Shown: piece after piece, positions 20,301-28,147 of the stretch
Layout: every line of letters begins with the position of its first letter
How positions within the stretch are numbered: the stretch's first letter is position 1
IMG/VR virus record: IMGVR_UViG_3300028624_000003
Location: 128,001 to 192,000 of that record
Strand: one strand, 5' to 3'
Source of the DNA: a virus
Taxonomy: Duplodnaviria > Caudoviricetes
Length of the DNA: 64,000 nt
Position numbers and translations under genes: made by a program
Notes under the pieces: generated by a model
What the model saw: the letters and a program-made list of their open reading frames with translations, nothing else
Databases searched by the model: none
Told to the model about the DNA's origin: nothing

Positions 20301-20922
20301 CATCATGGATGATGAAGGGAAGGATCTCATGATCGAAGTACTGACGATGATGCGCGAGCGTTGCCAGAAGTACGCAGAAGAGACAGGGTATCCGTTCAAC
20401 CTCGAAGCTACTCCTGCAGAAGGTGTAAGCTATCGTTTGGCTAAGCTTGATCAGGACCAATACCCTGACATTATCACGGCATCCAGTTGTGTATGCGGTG
20501 CAGATCCTTTCTACACCAACTCCACACAGGTTCCTGTCAATGCGACCACGGATATCGTGGAAGTCTGCGACAACCAAGACGATTTGCAGACACTGTACAC
20601 TGGCGGTACCGTGATGCACGTCATGCTCGGAGAAGCCGTAAAGGATCCTACTGTTGTGAAGAACTTGGTACGAAAGCTCTGCTCCAGCTATCGTATCCCG
20701 TACTTCACGATCTCTCCCAACTATTCCGTGTGTGCCAATCACGGATATCTGAAGGGAGTACAGGATTCGTGTCCCAAATGCGGTGGAGATACTGAGATCT
20801 ACTCTCGTGTGGTAGGTTTCTATACTCCTGTCAGTAGATGGAACAAGGGCAAGGTTCAGGAGTTCTCGATGCGTAACACGTACGAGACCAGCGCAGTCCC
20901 GCTTGGCGAAGAAGATAAGTAA
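17353..20922 (+). CDS. nrdD: Anaerobic (class III) ribonucleoside-triphosphate reductase with ATP cone and two inteins
   Basis: VKRDG ATP cone, IHVHDL, YCCGW, GAQAF, EATPAEG..YRLA, Zn site CANH..CPKC, glycyl-radical loop YSRVVGF. Confidence 0.95.
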   Translation: MHTLICTVKRDGKTEVPFDANKISVAISKAAHASGEPVDAASCTAKVLLALSEASVDGKVGVETIQDEVERVLMMNDHYLTAKKYIIYRQHRADGRAFKISTLTDLVDEYLGKCEWSIKENSNMDFSLQGLNQYVTAKAMSAYWLAKIFPPDVREAHNKGTIHVHDLNLLAPYCCGWDLRQLLLVGFSGVEGSNDSKPAKHFQQILGQCWNFLFTLQGEAAGAQAFSNFDTYLAPFIRFDKLSYREVKKALQTFFHNMTTKTRVGFQCVPDTYTCLTPEGWKYHHELQPGDEIYVFDVNTGQIRLDVLTHVNTYEYRGEMIQFTGRKLKMMTTPNHRTIRRKFNSNKYVIETSGDIYEKYDTPIDIPLAGHVNRQGVDMTDDEIRLLGWALTDAHMDNHGTRIRIYQSPKKYAHEIARLLTRLNADWYAAPAGGGGYGDEVYRFDVKGDLARMILDYTAGCREAIPLHFMNNASVDQIHVLLDTMILADGTIEESGRIRIAKKNDYMAECIQTLLVLSGYGSTRNRRLSCTDTVSVYKKPIATTRTEVVDYEGVVWCPTTDTGTFICRAEDGTPFITGNSPFTNITMDLTVPRYMKDEPVIRGGEFTDYTYGEFQEEMNIFNRALCEVMIEGDASGRQFSFPIPTYSITKDFDWDNEVLEPLWKLTAMYGAPYFTNYVNSDLNPEDVRSMCPLHPEEKIHVKINGSWMNMTIYAVYSFLANKMDKSEVYVMHKGKEIPVTGVSVHAAETFVRIRTVLDPDGVIFEGGHHQPFRTDGLGPMKKSTARSLRVGEYLPYSESTRENVGCPDDCFAQDGYVFAKITHKEILGKIHPYAYCIEVGTEDHLFDLEPGGLVTHNCRLQLDLTTLRRRGGGQFGANPLTGSIGVVTLNLPAMAYNAKGDKSKFFEAIIDGMEMAREILTLKREFVEKNVTLGLYPYTRRYLEDVAMVAENVKGKKEYMYNHFSTIGIVGGNEACLNLLGKSIMDDEGKDLMIEVLTMMRERCQKYAEETGYPFNLEATPAEGVSYRLAKLDQDQYPDIITASSCVCGADPFYTNSTQVPVNATTDIVEVCDNQDDLQTLYTGGTVMHVMLGEAVKDPTVVKNLVRKLCSSYRIPYFTISPNYSVCANHGYLKGVQDSCPKCGGDTEIYSRVVGFYTPVSRWNKGKVQEFSMRNTYETSAVPLGEEDK
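18154..19089 (+). mobile_element. Intein 1 in NrdD (312 aa) with LAGLIDADG-type endonuclease domain
   Basis: GFQ|CVPDT...TPNH...VWCP...ITGN|SPFTN; removal restores GFQSPFTN; LLGWALTDA and LLDTMILADG motifs. Confidence 0.9.
19426..19923 (+). mobile_element. Mini-intein 2 in the NrdD active-site finger loop (166 aa, apparently Pro-initiated)
   Basis: RSMC|PLHPEEKI...AYCIEV...LVTHN|CRL; removal restores SMCCRL. Confidence 0.85.
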
Positions 20923-20934
20923 ACACACGACATT

Positions 20935-20964
20935 TCTCCAGGGTACCATGTGGTACCCTGGAGA
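20935..20964 (+). terminator. Hairpin/terminator
   Basis: TCTCCAGGGTACC-atgt-GGTACCCTGGAGA. Confidence 0.7.
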
Positions 20965-20990
20965 TTAATAACTCAGTATAGATTCATGTA

Positions 20991-21006
20991 TATATTACGA
21001 CTTTGA
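20991..21006 (+). promoter_or_regulatory. Early promoter motif
   Basis: TATATTAC gactt TGA. Confidence 0.75.
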
Positions 21007-21052
21007 TGTGTGCTCTTCATCCTGAGTACATCATCTCGGAGGGATTTTAATC

Positions 21053-21448
21053 ATGTTGAAAGTTATAGGTCACACGTCCACGCTTTTCTCCAGTGTGATA
21101 CGTGAATTTCTGACTACATTCTACAGTATGGAGTACTGTGAATATAATCTCTTAGTAATTTTTCGTGGAGAGTGCACTAAGTTACCAGAAGAAATACTAG
21201 AAAAGATCAGAACTGAAATCGTCGAAAAGATACCAGCGTCTGCATTGCGAATATATTTGGAGTATACTGATGTTGTAGATAGTGTTGCAAAATACAAAGT
21301 CTGGACATTCGGTGAAGCTTCTAAGTATCTACCAATGCATCTGGATATGGATCCATCGCGATTCCGTGTATGGTCCGCGGAATTTACCAGATGCGCACTA
21401 CGTGCGGATGGCCCTGTAGACTTAGTCCATGTAACTGGTGAGGAGTAA
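21053..21448 (+). CDS. Hypothetical protein
   Basis: GGAGG RBS; first gene after an early promoter. Confidence 0.7.
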   Translation: MLKVIGHTSTLFSSVIREFLTTFYSMEYCEYNLLVIFRGECTKLPEEILEKIRTEIVEKIPASALRIYLEYTDVVDSVAKYKVWTFGEASKYLPMHLDMDPSRFRVWSAEFTRCALRADGPVDLVHVTGEE

Positions 21449-21451
21449 ATC

Positions 21452-22207
21452 ATGGGTTCGCGTTTTCTTGTTCGTGTGTACTATACTTCCAATCACAAAC
21501 ACGACATGGTCATGCGTCAGTTCCTGTGGCGGTACAAAGATCGTACAGTAGCTCACAGTACAACAGACGGTATCGAATACTACGATTTCGATATCTGCAA
21601 TGACGACTTCAACATCGATTCGATGCAACAAGACTGCGAACGAGTCACGCACTCCTCGAAGTGGGTCAAGGGTATTGATCTGAAAAATCTCCTGATCACG
21701 GTTCATACGGAACAAGGGAAAGCTGTCTTCACGTTCGGGAATCTCCCACAAGAATCCATCCCTGTCGAATTCCGGTTCACGCCTCCTCGTACGGTATCAG
21801 AACAGCATGAGGCGAATCTCATCGAGCAGTTCGACCTGCTGGTACGCAACCGGCTGGAAATGACCGATCTCCTTGACAACAATCCGAATCCGGTCGTACT
21901 GCTCTGCGGGTCCACCAAGTACTACGAAGACTTCGACCTCATTGAGAAGTGCCTTACACTCAATGGAGTGATCACTCTCAGTACAGGTCGAGTGTTCGGA
22001 CATCGTGGCGACATCGACATGTCCGGACCGGTTAAGAAGAGTCTCGATCGGCTTCACTTCAAGAAGATCGAACTGTGCGATGCTGTGTTTATCGTCAACC
22101 CCGAGCTCCGCATCGGCCTGTCGACATGTGATGAACTGCACTACGCAAAAGCACTCGGAAAACGAGTCATGTACATGATTAACCCGGTGGAATGCACTGA
22201 AGATTAG
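21452..22207 (+). CDS. Two-domain protein with a C-terminal nucleoside 2-deoxyribosyltransferase-like fold
   Basis: VVLLCGSTK...LDRLHFKKIELCDAVFIVN....IGLST..ELHYAKALGKRV. Confidence 0.65.
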   Translation: MGSRFLVRVYYTSNHKHDMVMRQFLWRYKDRTVAHSTTDGIEYYDFDICNDDFNIDSMQQDCERVTHSSKWVKGIDLKNLLITVHTEQGKAVFTFGNLPQESIPVEFRFTPPRTVSEQHEANLIEQFDLLVRNRLEMTDLLDNNPNPVVLLCGSTKYYEDFDLIEKCLTLNGVITLSTGRVFGHRGDIDMSGPVKKSLDRLHFKKIELCDAVFIVNPELRIGLSTCDELHYAKALGKRVMYMINPVECTED

Positions 22208-22229
22208 TTCAATATAGAGAGGTACTCAA

Positions 22230-22499
22230 ATGCTCGACGACGGAAAAACCGAAGAAAATCTGACCGCAAGCGATTTCCCTGCTGTCCACATCTACACCAA
22301 GCACAGCGACGGAAATGTGCTAGATGCGGTGTACACCCACCCCGACGGAGATCGTACCACGTACGTCCAATACGTAACCGACCCTGACGATGGAGACTCT
22401 GTGATGATGAGTGAATCCATCGTCCAGCTCATCGAATCACTCGGGTACACCGAGTGTGACGAAGTGAACTCCGAAGAAATCTTCGTAGAAGAAGACTAA
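22230..22499 (+). CDS. Small acidic hypothetical protein
   Basis: GAGG RBS; 89 aa, Asp/Glu-rich. Confidence 0.7.
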   Translation: MLDDGKTEENLTASDFPAVHIYTKHSDGNVLDAVYTHPDGDRTTYVQYVTDPDDGDSVMMSESIVQLIESLGYTECDEVNSEEIFVEED

Positions 22500-22515
22500 C
22501 TGAAAGCTGACACCC

Positions 22516-22548
22516 AGTGACGAGGTACTCTCAAGGTACCTCGTCACT
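22516..22548 (+). terminator. Hairpin/terminator
   Basis: AGTGACGAGGTAC-tctcaag-GTACCTCGTCACT. Confidence 0.7.
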
Positions 22549-22578
22549 ATTTGTAACCCTAACTATACGGAGAACAAA

Positions 22579-24909
22579 ATGTTTAACAATTTCGAGTGGA
22601 GTGATGCGCTGGACTGTCTCGTGTGGGTACTGGGGAAGAATTCTGATCTGGTCGTGTTTGATGAAGCCACAGTCTTTCGTGTGGCTTTGAGAAACAGTGA
22701 CGGATCTATTTCTTCAAAAGACGCGCATATGGTGACTTTTCCCATGACCCTTCCGTGGTGCGGAGAATGCATCATCGCAGTGGGTACAGACAACACGTTG
22801 TACATCGGTCTATGTGACGGAAATGGCATCAAATCATACATAGCTCCACTCCCACAAGAGCACTGGATGCGGTATATGCGCGAAACCACGTGGAATAACC
22901 GCAATGCTGCGAATGTCGCGATCAGTCTGTTGCAACAGATCGGTGAGCGCACTCGTAAGTACGAAGCCAGGACCGACCAAGAAAAGTACGATTCCGTCAC
23001 CAACGACGAACGGGTGCGGAAGGGTATTTTCGAACGCGCAGTAGATGCATTCGTTCAGCAGTTTTACGAGCACAGCTTGCTTGACGGCATATGGATCGGC
23101 TACACGACGCTCTCAGCCCATACTGCGTCTGGCATGCACAGATCACCGTCGCCACAACCTGCCATCAAATATCAGGACGTACGTACCGGTGAAATGTTTA
23201 CAGTGTCTCAGGCTGGAGGTTGTACGTATGTGGGTATTTCGATGAATGACGATGCTCCCCACTCGCACGAGGTCATCTCGCAGCGCGATGTCGAGGATTA
23301 CTTCGATCGCATCATCACGGACGACAATTGTCTTGCTATCCGTATGTTCAAACGCGTGTCCGGCTACGGACGAAACTTGTTCGATTGCATTATGGAGGAT
23401 GACGAAGGACTTCTGCGACTCTACTTCGAGCAGTGCGAAAAGACGGGCACCGTGCATGACACCGATCTGTCCCGTTACTTCTCCCCCTGTCATACTCGTA
23501 GAAATAGTAGACCCAGCGATTGTTGTAGCAAACTGATTTGCGTAAACGGACGCGAATTCGTTGTGGCAGTCGACAAGTACACGCTCGATGCGTCTATATA
23601 TCTACTTGAATCTTACGGGGGTAGGAAATATTCGAGTAGTGCGTGCACTATCCGAATATACAGGAAAGACTTCCTGAACTATCTTGACACGTATCGCAGG
23701 CAGAACCCCGGCACGCTCCTGCATTTCGAGGATCGGATCAGAACGCATGACAAAGCTGACCGCGACTTCGATCCCAGAATAGATCGCAGTGCATTTGGGT
23801 TGTACGACCATACGCCGACCCAGAACAACAAGAACTCCGGTCTGGACACGATCGTCGAGATGATTGATGATCTGCAGAAAACTGTGGACAACTTCGAAAG
23901 GATGCCGATAAGCATATTCCGGTCAATACTCGGTGCACTACGGTGCATCTTGGCTAGCAAGACTACAGAGGCTAACGTCAAAACACTTGAACGCAGCCTC
24001 GTTGCTTTGTATGACTCGGTGATGCGCAAAGTCGATCCACTCACTCGACTCGAAGCGAAAGAAGTACTCGATTCGATCGGTACAGTATTTCCGCGCCGTC
24101 AAGTAAACGAGCAGATACGAGCCAAGCTGCAACGCAAATACTGCAAAGTTGAATCGAATCCGCTCGTACTGACGATGCTCACGCTCTGCGACCTGACAGC
24201 GTCGTTCACGCAAGATCGTGCGGAGTCGAGTTCTCTGGACACGACTATACAGTATCTCGCTAACCTGGACGTGCTTCTGGCGAGCGTAGCCAAAATAATG
24301 TCCACACCCAACTGCAGTACCGTATTCGAACTGGTCATTATGAACATGAGGGAACTCGTCGTAACGATGCCGATCGAAACGGACAGAGACTTCGATAAGG
24401 TAGACGACTGGCAGAAGTTCATTCAGTTCAAGCCGCTACTCCGCGCAGTACGTTACAGGCTGCGCGATTATGCGGATGAGCATGGTGACAAGAACGTACG
24501 GAAGTTTCGTAGGGTGAAACCTGAAGCAGAAACTGCAGCAGAAACTGTCGCACAGAAGATCGCAGACCTCCCGACCATTCCCTTGGATCAGGATAGCCAG
24601 AAAGATGAAGAGAATGCTACGTCCGAACCCACCAAGTTCGTTACGATGGTCGAGGCGTTGAAAGAAGTCAGTTCCAGAAATCCGAAAGACATCTCGATTC
24701 TGGATACTATCCGAGCTCTCGACTTGAAGGAGTTGCGGAACAAGAAACACTACACTGCGAAATACCTTCGCGAAAAGGGCATCACGTCTGCTGCACAGTG
24801 GGCGGAGCTCTCCGAGCCGGATGCGGTGTACCTTCTGGGACGGTCCAAGTACTACGCGAAGATGAAGCAAGCCTTCCACAATCGCGGTATTCTGTGGCCC
24901 AGCGCGTAA
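22579..24909 (+). CDS. Large hypothetical protein with a possible C-terminal HhH/alpha-CTD-like domain
   Basis: 776 aa, GGAG RBS; acidic linker then TAKYLREKGITSAAQWAELSE. Confidence 0.75.
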   Translation: MFNNFEWSDALDCLVWVLGKNSDLVVFDEATVFRVALRNSDGSISSKDAHMVTFPMTLPWCGECIIAVGTDNTLYIGLCDGNGIKSYIAPLPQEHWMRYMRETTWNNRNAANVAISLLQQIGERTRKYEARTDQEKYDSVTNDERVRKGIFERAVDAFVQQFYEHSLLDGIWIGYTTLSAHTASGMHRSPSPQPAIKYQDVRTGEMFTVSQAGGCTYVGISMNDDAPHSHEVISQRDVEDYFDRIITDDNCLAIRMFKRVSGYGRNLFDCIMEDDEGLLRLYFEQCEKTGTVHDTDLSRYFSPCHTRRNSRPSDCCSKLICVNGREFVVAVDKYTLDASIYLLESYGGRKYSSSACTIRIYRKDFLNYLDTYRRQNPGTLLHFEDRIRTHDKADRDFDPRIDRSAFGLYDHTPTQNNKNSGLDTIVEMIDDLQKTVDNFERMPISIFRSILGALRCILASKTTEANVKTLERSLVALYDSVMRKVDPLTRLEAKEVLDSIGTVFPRRQVNEQIRAKLQRKYCKVESNPLVLTMLTLCDLTASFTQDRAESSSLDTTIQYLANLDVLLASVAKIMSTPNCSTVFELVIMNMRELVVTMPIETDRDFDKVDDWQKFIQFKPLLRAVRYRLRDYADEHGDKNVRKFRRVKPEAETAAETVAQKIADLPTIPLDQDSQKDEENATSEPTKFVTMVEALKEVSSRNPKDISILDTIRALDLKELRNKKHYTAKYLREKGITSAAQWAELSEPDAVYLLGRSKYYAKMKQAFHNRGILWPSA

Positions 24910-24918
24910 ACAATTAAT

Positions 24919-24948
24919 CGTAGGTGGGGTCATATGACCCCACCTACG
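24919..24948 (+). terminator. Hairpin/terminator
   Basis: CGTAGGTGGGGTC-atat-GACCCCACCTACG. Confidence 0.7.
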
Positions 24949-24964
24949 TCACATAGGAGTAATC

Positions 24965-25540
24965 ATGCTGATTGACATTTTTGTAAATCTTCCCAATTAT
25001 GAACGAGCTTATGCCAGTGAAATGGTCAAAAAGACATTACAAGAAGCTCATGCCATTCGTGAACATACTCCCAATGTGATAGAGCTTGAACTGTGGTACA
25101 CCAACAATCGCGGAATGCTCGGGAATAGGAAACCTAACCCGATGGTCAGATGCGTCTACATTCCGCACGATGCCACAGGTATTCCTCTCAGTGAACATAT
25201 CGTAGGACAGTACTACGGTACTTACGAGTACAAGTTCACTCCGAGGTTCCAGAACGAGCTACGCCGCACTTTCAAGATCAGTTCACCCGATAGCATCGCT
25301 CGGCTCCATCCGGGTACTGAAGGTCCTGATGGTCGCAGGTACATGTACATGCCACAGATGTCCATGAACCCAAATGCGTACATTTTCATTCCGTATCAGA
25401 ATCCCAAACATCTACTGACGCAGTCAGTACTGTGCATGAGCCGGTACGATAAAGCGCGCACGGCGCTGGATGCTATCTATGAAGATCATGGCGAACCAGT
25501 CAAGTATGCGACGTTTTCTTTCATGTACATGCAACAATAA
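24965..25540 (+). CDS. Hypothetical protein
   Basis: AGGAG RBS, 191 aa. Confidence 0.75.
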   Translation: MLIDIFVNLPNYERAYASEMVKKTLQEAHAIREHTPNVIELELWYTNNRGMLGNRKPNPMVRCVYIPHDATGIPLSEHIVGQYYGTYEYKFTPRFQNELRRTFKISSPDSIARLHPGTEGPDGRRYMYMPQMSMNPNAYIFIPYQNPKHLLTQSVLCMSRYDKARTALDAIYEDHGEPVKYATFSFMYMQQ

Positions 25541-25568
25541 GTTGCTAAAAACAAAAAAGGAGCGATAC

Positions 25569-26126
25569 GTGGAAGATACAAGATACACAAGAAGACTTCC
25601 GCGAGTCTTGAATAAGAAAGAAGTACCGAGACTCATGGAGAATATGGTCTACATCGGTAGACCATCTAAATGGGGTAACCCATTCCGAGTTCAGTACAAA
25701 AACGGGGTAGAAGTACCTTTTTCGCGCATGTCTTCTATCATTCAGTATGAAGAGTATCTGCAGATGAGTCATTCCCCGAAAGACTATCTGCACGAGTTAC
25801 GTGGCAAAGATTTGGTATGTTTTTGTGCGCCTCTCGCGTGTCACGGCGACATACTGATCAGATACGCCAATCGTGTGTACTGTCCGCACTGCAATAGTCT
25901 GGAAATAGGGTACACTACGTCCAGTCCCGAATACCTCGCAGAGTTTGGCGAAGAAGTTACCACCTATGCGCTACAGGGGTTCGACGGTAACTGGAATTAC
26001 ATAAGCGAACGCTACGACTCGTGGAGTTGGCTAAACTCTGCATCTGGTACGATGCACTGCATGACTTGCGGCCTATCGATAAACGTCGAAGACTATTACA
26101 ATTCGAATTTTAACATGGAGAAATAG
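25569..26126 (+). CDS. DUF4326-domain protein fused to a Zn-ribbon-like region
   Basis: VYIGRPSKWGNPF...ELRGKDLVCFCAPLACHGDIL, then CPHC...CMTC; AAGGAG RBS before GTG 25569. Confidence 0.8.
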   Translation: MEDTRYTRRLPRVLNKKEVPRLMENMVYIGRPSKWGNPFRVQYKNGVEVPFSRMSSIIQYEEYLQMSHSPKDYLHELRGKDLVCFCAPLACHGDILIRYANRVYCPHCNSLEIGYTTSSPEYLAEFGEEVTTYALQGFDGNWNYISERYDSWSWLNSASGTMHCMTCGLSINVEDYYNSNFNMEK

Positions 26127-26137
26127 AGGAGCTCAAG

Positions 26138-26494
26138 ATGGCTGACAAGAGTGACAAATGGTTCTGGTTCATGCTTCCTCTTATCCCTATCACAATCGTA
26201 CTCTACGATATATCGATGACCAGACATTCTTCGAGTACCGAAGTCTCTGCAGTGGTACAGCAGAAGGTATCTCAGCAAGTAAACGAAACCATTCCCGGGT
26301 ACCGTGTGGTAAGCTACAGAAAAGAACTCAGCAGTCCGTGCGCAATGAACGAACGTGGTATGACGTTTGTCGCTGCGCAAGAAACTGAAGATGGGATCTT
26401 CATGAAAGATCATATCGTACTCGGCATCGCATGTCTCAAAGACAGTGCAACAGACGTGTCTTCTGTGTATATCGACACGAATATCAGACGATGA
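26138..26494 (+). CDS. Hypothetical membrane-anchored protein
   Basis: GAGGAG RBS; N-terminal hydrophobic helix. Confidence 0.7.
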   Translation: MADKSDKWFWFMLPLIPITIVLYDISMTRHSSSTEVSAVVQQKVSQQVNETIPGYRVVSYRKELSSPCAMNERGMTFVAAQETEDGIFMKDHIVLGIACLKDSATDVSSVYIDTNIRR

Positions 26495-26499
26495 GAATA

Positions 26500-26530
26500 G
26501 GAGTAGGAGGTCCTCACGGGCCTCCTCTCC
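26500..26530. terminator. Hairpin between convergent genes
   Basis: GGAG.AGGAGGTCC...GGGCCTCCTCTCC followed by an A/T tract. Confidence 0.6.
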
Positions 26531-26532
26531 AT

Positions 26533-27765
26533 TTATTTTTTGTTAAGCCACCACTCGAGAGACTTCTTCAGTCGAATATGTTCTTCTAGACATTTTCTCA
26601 GTTCAGTATTACCCGCCGAAGTGATATGATTTCTCTTCATCAGCGAATCACTATTCATTGCGTAGAGATCGTCTATGTTCTCTACACAAAAACGAATCCA
26701 CTGTTCTGTCTTTTCTTTGCTGACTAATGGAGCTAGAATTGCGTATGGGCTAGGACACTCATGAATCTGTTCGGGAAGAGGACCCAGTCCAATGTAGTCA
26801 GGAAGTCGATCTTTGTGTGTCAGTCCGAGATCAATGAGAGAATCTACGTAGTTCACAAAATTCATGAACACATGAGTAGGTTCTATTAGTCGAATCGCTT
26901 CGAGATACTGTCTCTTGGAAAACGTAGCAATACGCATTACTCTCTTTGTGACTGTCGTATATTCCTTTTCTACTCCGAGATCTTCGAATGTGATTTCTTC
27001 GGAGTCATCGAAGAATGGCCCAGAGTTACCTACTTCAATCCCATCACGTGTAGGGTTGCCCACACGAATAGGAAACGTACGGAAACTGAGGATGACATTA
27101 CCACAGTACTTGGGATGTAATCCCAGTTCACCGAGTATTGTCGCAGGAAGTACCGATCTCGATGTGCAGTGAGGATAGTTCAGACCATGGTTTAGATCCA
27201 GTCCCAATCCTTGACCAGTTTCTACCATTACACGGTAACCAGGGATCTCTTGAATATCACGACGAATGTCGTACTTACGAACGTACTCAGTGAGTCTAGG
27301 GTCGTGCTCTGCTACTAATCCAGTACGCATTATCTTGGCAGCTCTAGCTGCTCCAGATCCGGATTGAGTAGATGCTATTTTCTCGATGCCACCATGCGCA
27401 GCTTCTACTTCTTTGTCTTTCTGTGTGATGATGGCAGCACGAGGATGAATAAATACTCTGCCGTCGTCGATGTTGAACTCATCCATCTCCTTCATCAGTA
27501 GATCATAATCGATGACTGAATCTGCTGAGAAGTATACCCCGCATCTGTCATGAATTATGGCTGCCACTGGAATGAGATGGGTGACGTGTTTCTTGCCATT
27601 CCAGTAAAAGGTATGTCCTGCATTTGGAGAAGTAGTGCTACATGCCAGATGTACGATAGGAGCATCCATAGCTATTCTACAAGCAAGAGCTCCTTTACCT
27701 GTACTACCGAACGATCCATCGATGATCATGTTGACTTTATTAGGAAGAAGAAATGATTCGAACAT
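26533..27765 (-). CDS. purZ: PurZ-type N6-succino-2-amino-2'-deoxyadenylate synthase (PurA paralog of the Z-base pathway)
   Basis: GSTGKG (Ser in place of the catalytic Asp of PurA GDEGKG), SPNAGHT, STQSGSG, YPHCTSR, RTFPIRVGN, SGP...DSEE..F.DLG.E.EYTTVTK, VFMNF, YIGLGP, all colinear with cyanophage S-2L PurZ as I recall it; GGAGG RBS. Confidence 0.88.
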   Translation of the reverse strand: MFESFLLPNKVNMIIDGSFGSTGKGALACRIAMDAPIVHLACSTTSPNAGHTFYWNGKKHVTHLIPVAAIIHDRCGVYFSADSVIDYDLLMKEMDEFNIDDGRVFIHPRAAIITQKDKEVEAAHGGIEKIASTQSGSGAARAAKIMRTGLVAEHDPRLTEYVRKYDIRRDIQEIPGYRVMVETGQGLGLDLNHGLNYPHCTSRSVLPATILGELGLHPKYCGNVILSFRTFPIRVGNPTRDGIEVGNSGPFFDDSEEITFEDLGVEKEYTTVTKRVMRIATFSKRQYLEAIRLIEPTHVFMNFVNYVDSLIDLGLTHKDRLPDYIGLGPLPEQIHECPSPYAILAPLVSKEKTEQWIRFCVENIDDLYAMNSDSLMKRNHITSAGNTELRKCLEEHIRLKKSLEWWLNKK

Positions 27766-27848
27766 ATCGAAGTCCTCCGAAATACTGTGTGTATTATTGC
27801 TACTTCTCGTAAGAATTGATTTCTACGTACTGGACAAAAATACACAAA

Positions 27849-27864
27849 TATATTACTAAACTGA
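27849..27864 (+). promoter_or_regulatory. Early promoter motif
   Basis: TATATTAC taaac TGA. Confidence 0.75.
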
Positions 27865-27916
27865 TAGACCTTACGTAATTTTGATCTACACGTGTATTTC
27901 AAAGGAGGTGAGCCAT

Positions 27917-28036
27917 GTGGAGCCAATATTTTACATTATTGCAGTCATTCTAATGACTATCATTATTCTGGTTAAGATCGTAAAGCCGTCAGAGATTTCT
28001 CTTAAGATTAATCTCGCTAAGCCGCGGTGGAATTAA
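27917..28036 (+). CDS. Small hydrophobic peptide (39 aa; not in the ORF track)
   Basis: AAAGGAGGTGA RBS, GTG start, MEPIFYIIAVILMTIIILVKIVKPSEISLKINLAKPRWN; lies between a promoter and a hairpin. Confidence 0.6.
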   Translation: MEPIFYIIAVILMTIIILVKIVKPSEISLKINLAKPRWN

Positions 28037-28074
28037 AACTCAAATCCAATTCAAAGTCCAAATAACATTCAAAT

Positions 28075-28102
28075 GGAGAGTGTCCTTTGCTGGACACTCT
28101 CC
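28075..28102 (+). terminator. Hairpin/terminator
   Basis: GGAGAGTGTCC-tttgct-GGACACTCTCC. Confidence 0.7.
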
Positions 28103-28147
28103 GGATTGCTTTCATTTTTGTTTAAAGTAAAATCTGCCGGAGGTTCT

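Noticed and set aside
26533-27765. Annotation as ordinary adenylosuccinate synthetase (purA)
   Set aside because: Lacks the catalytic Asp (GSTGKG) and the TKLD motif; motif order follows PurZ.
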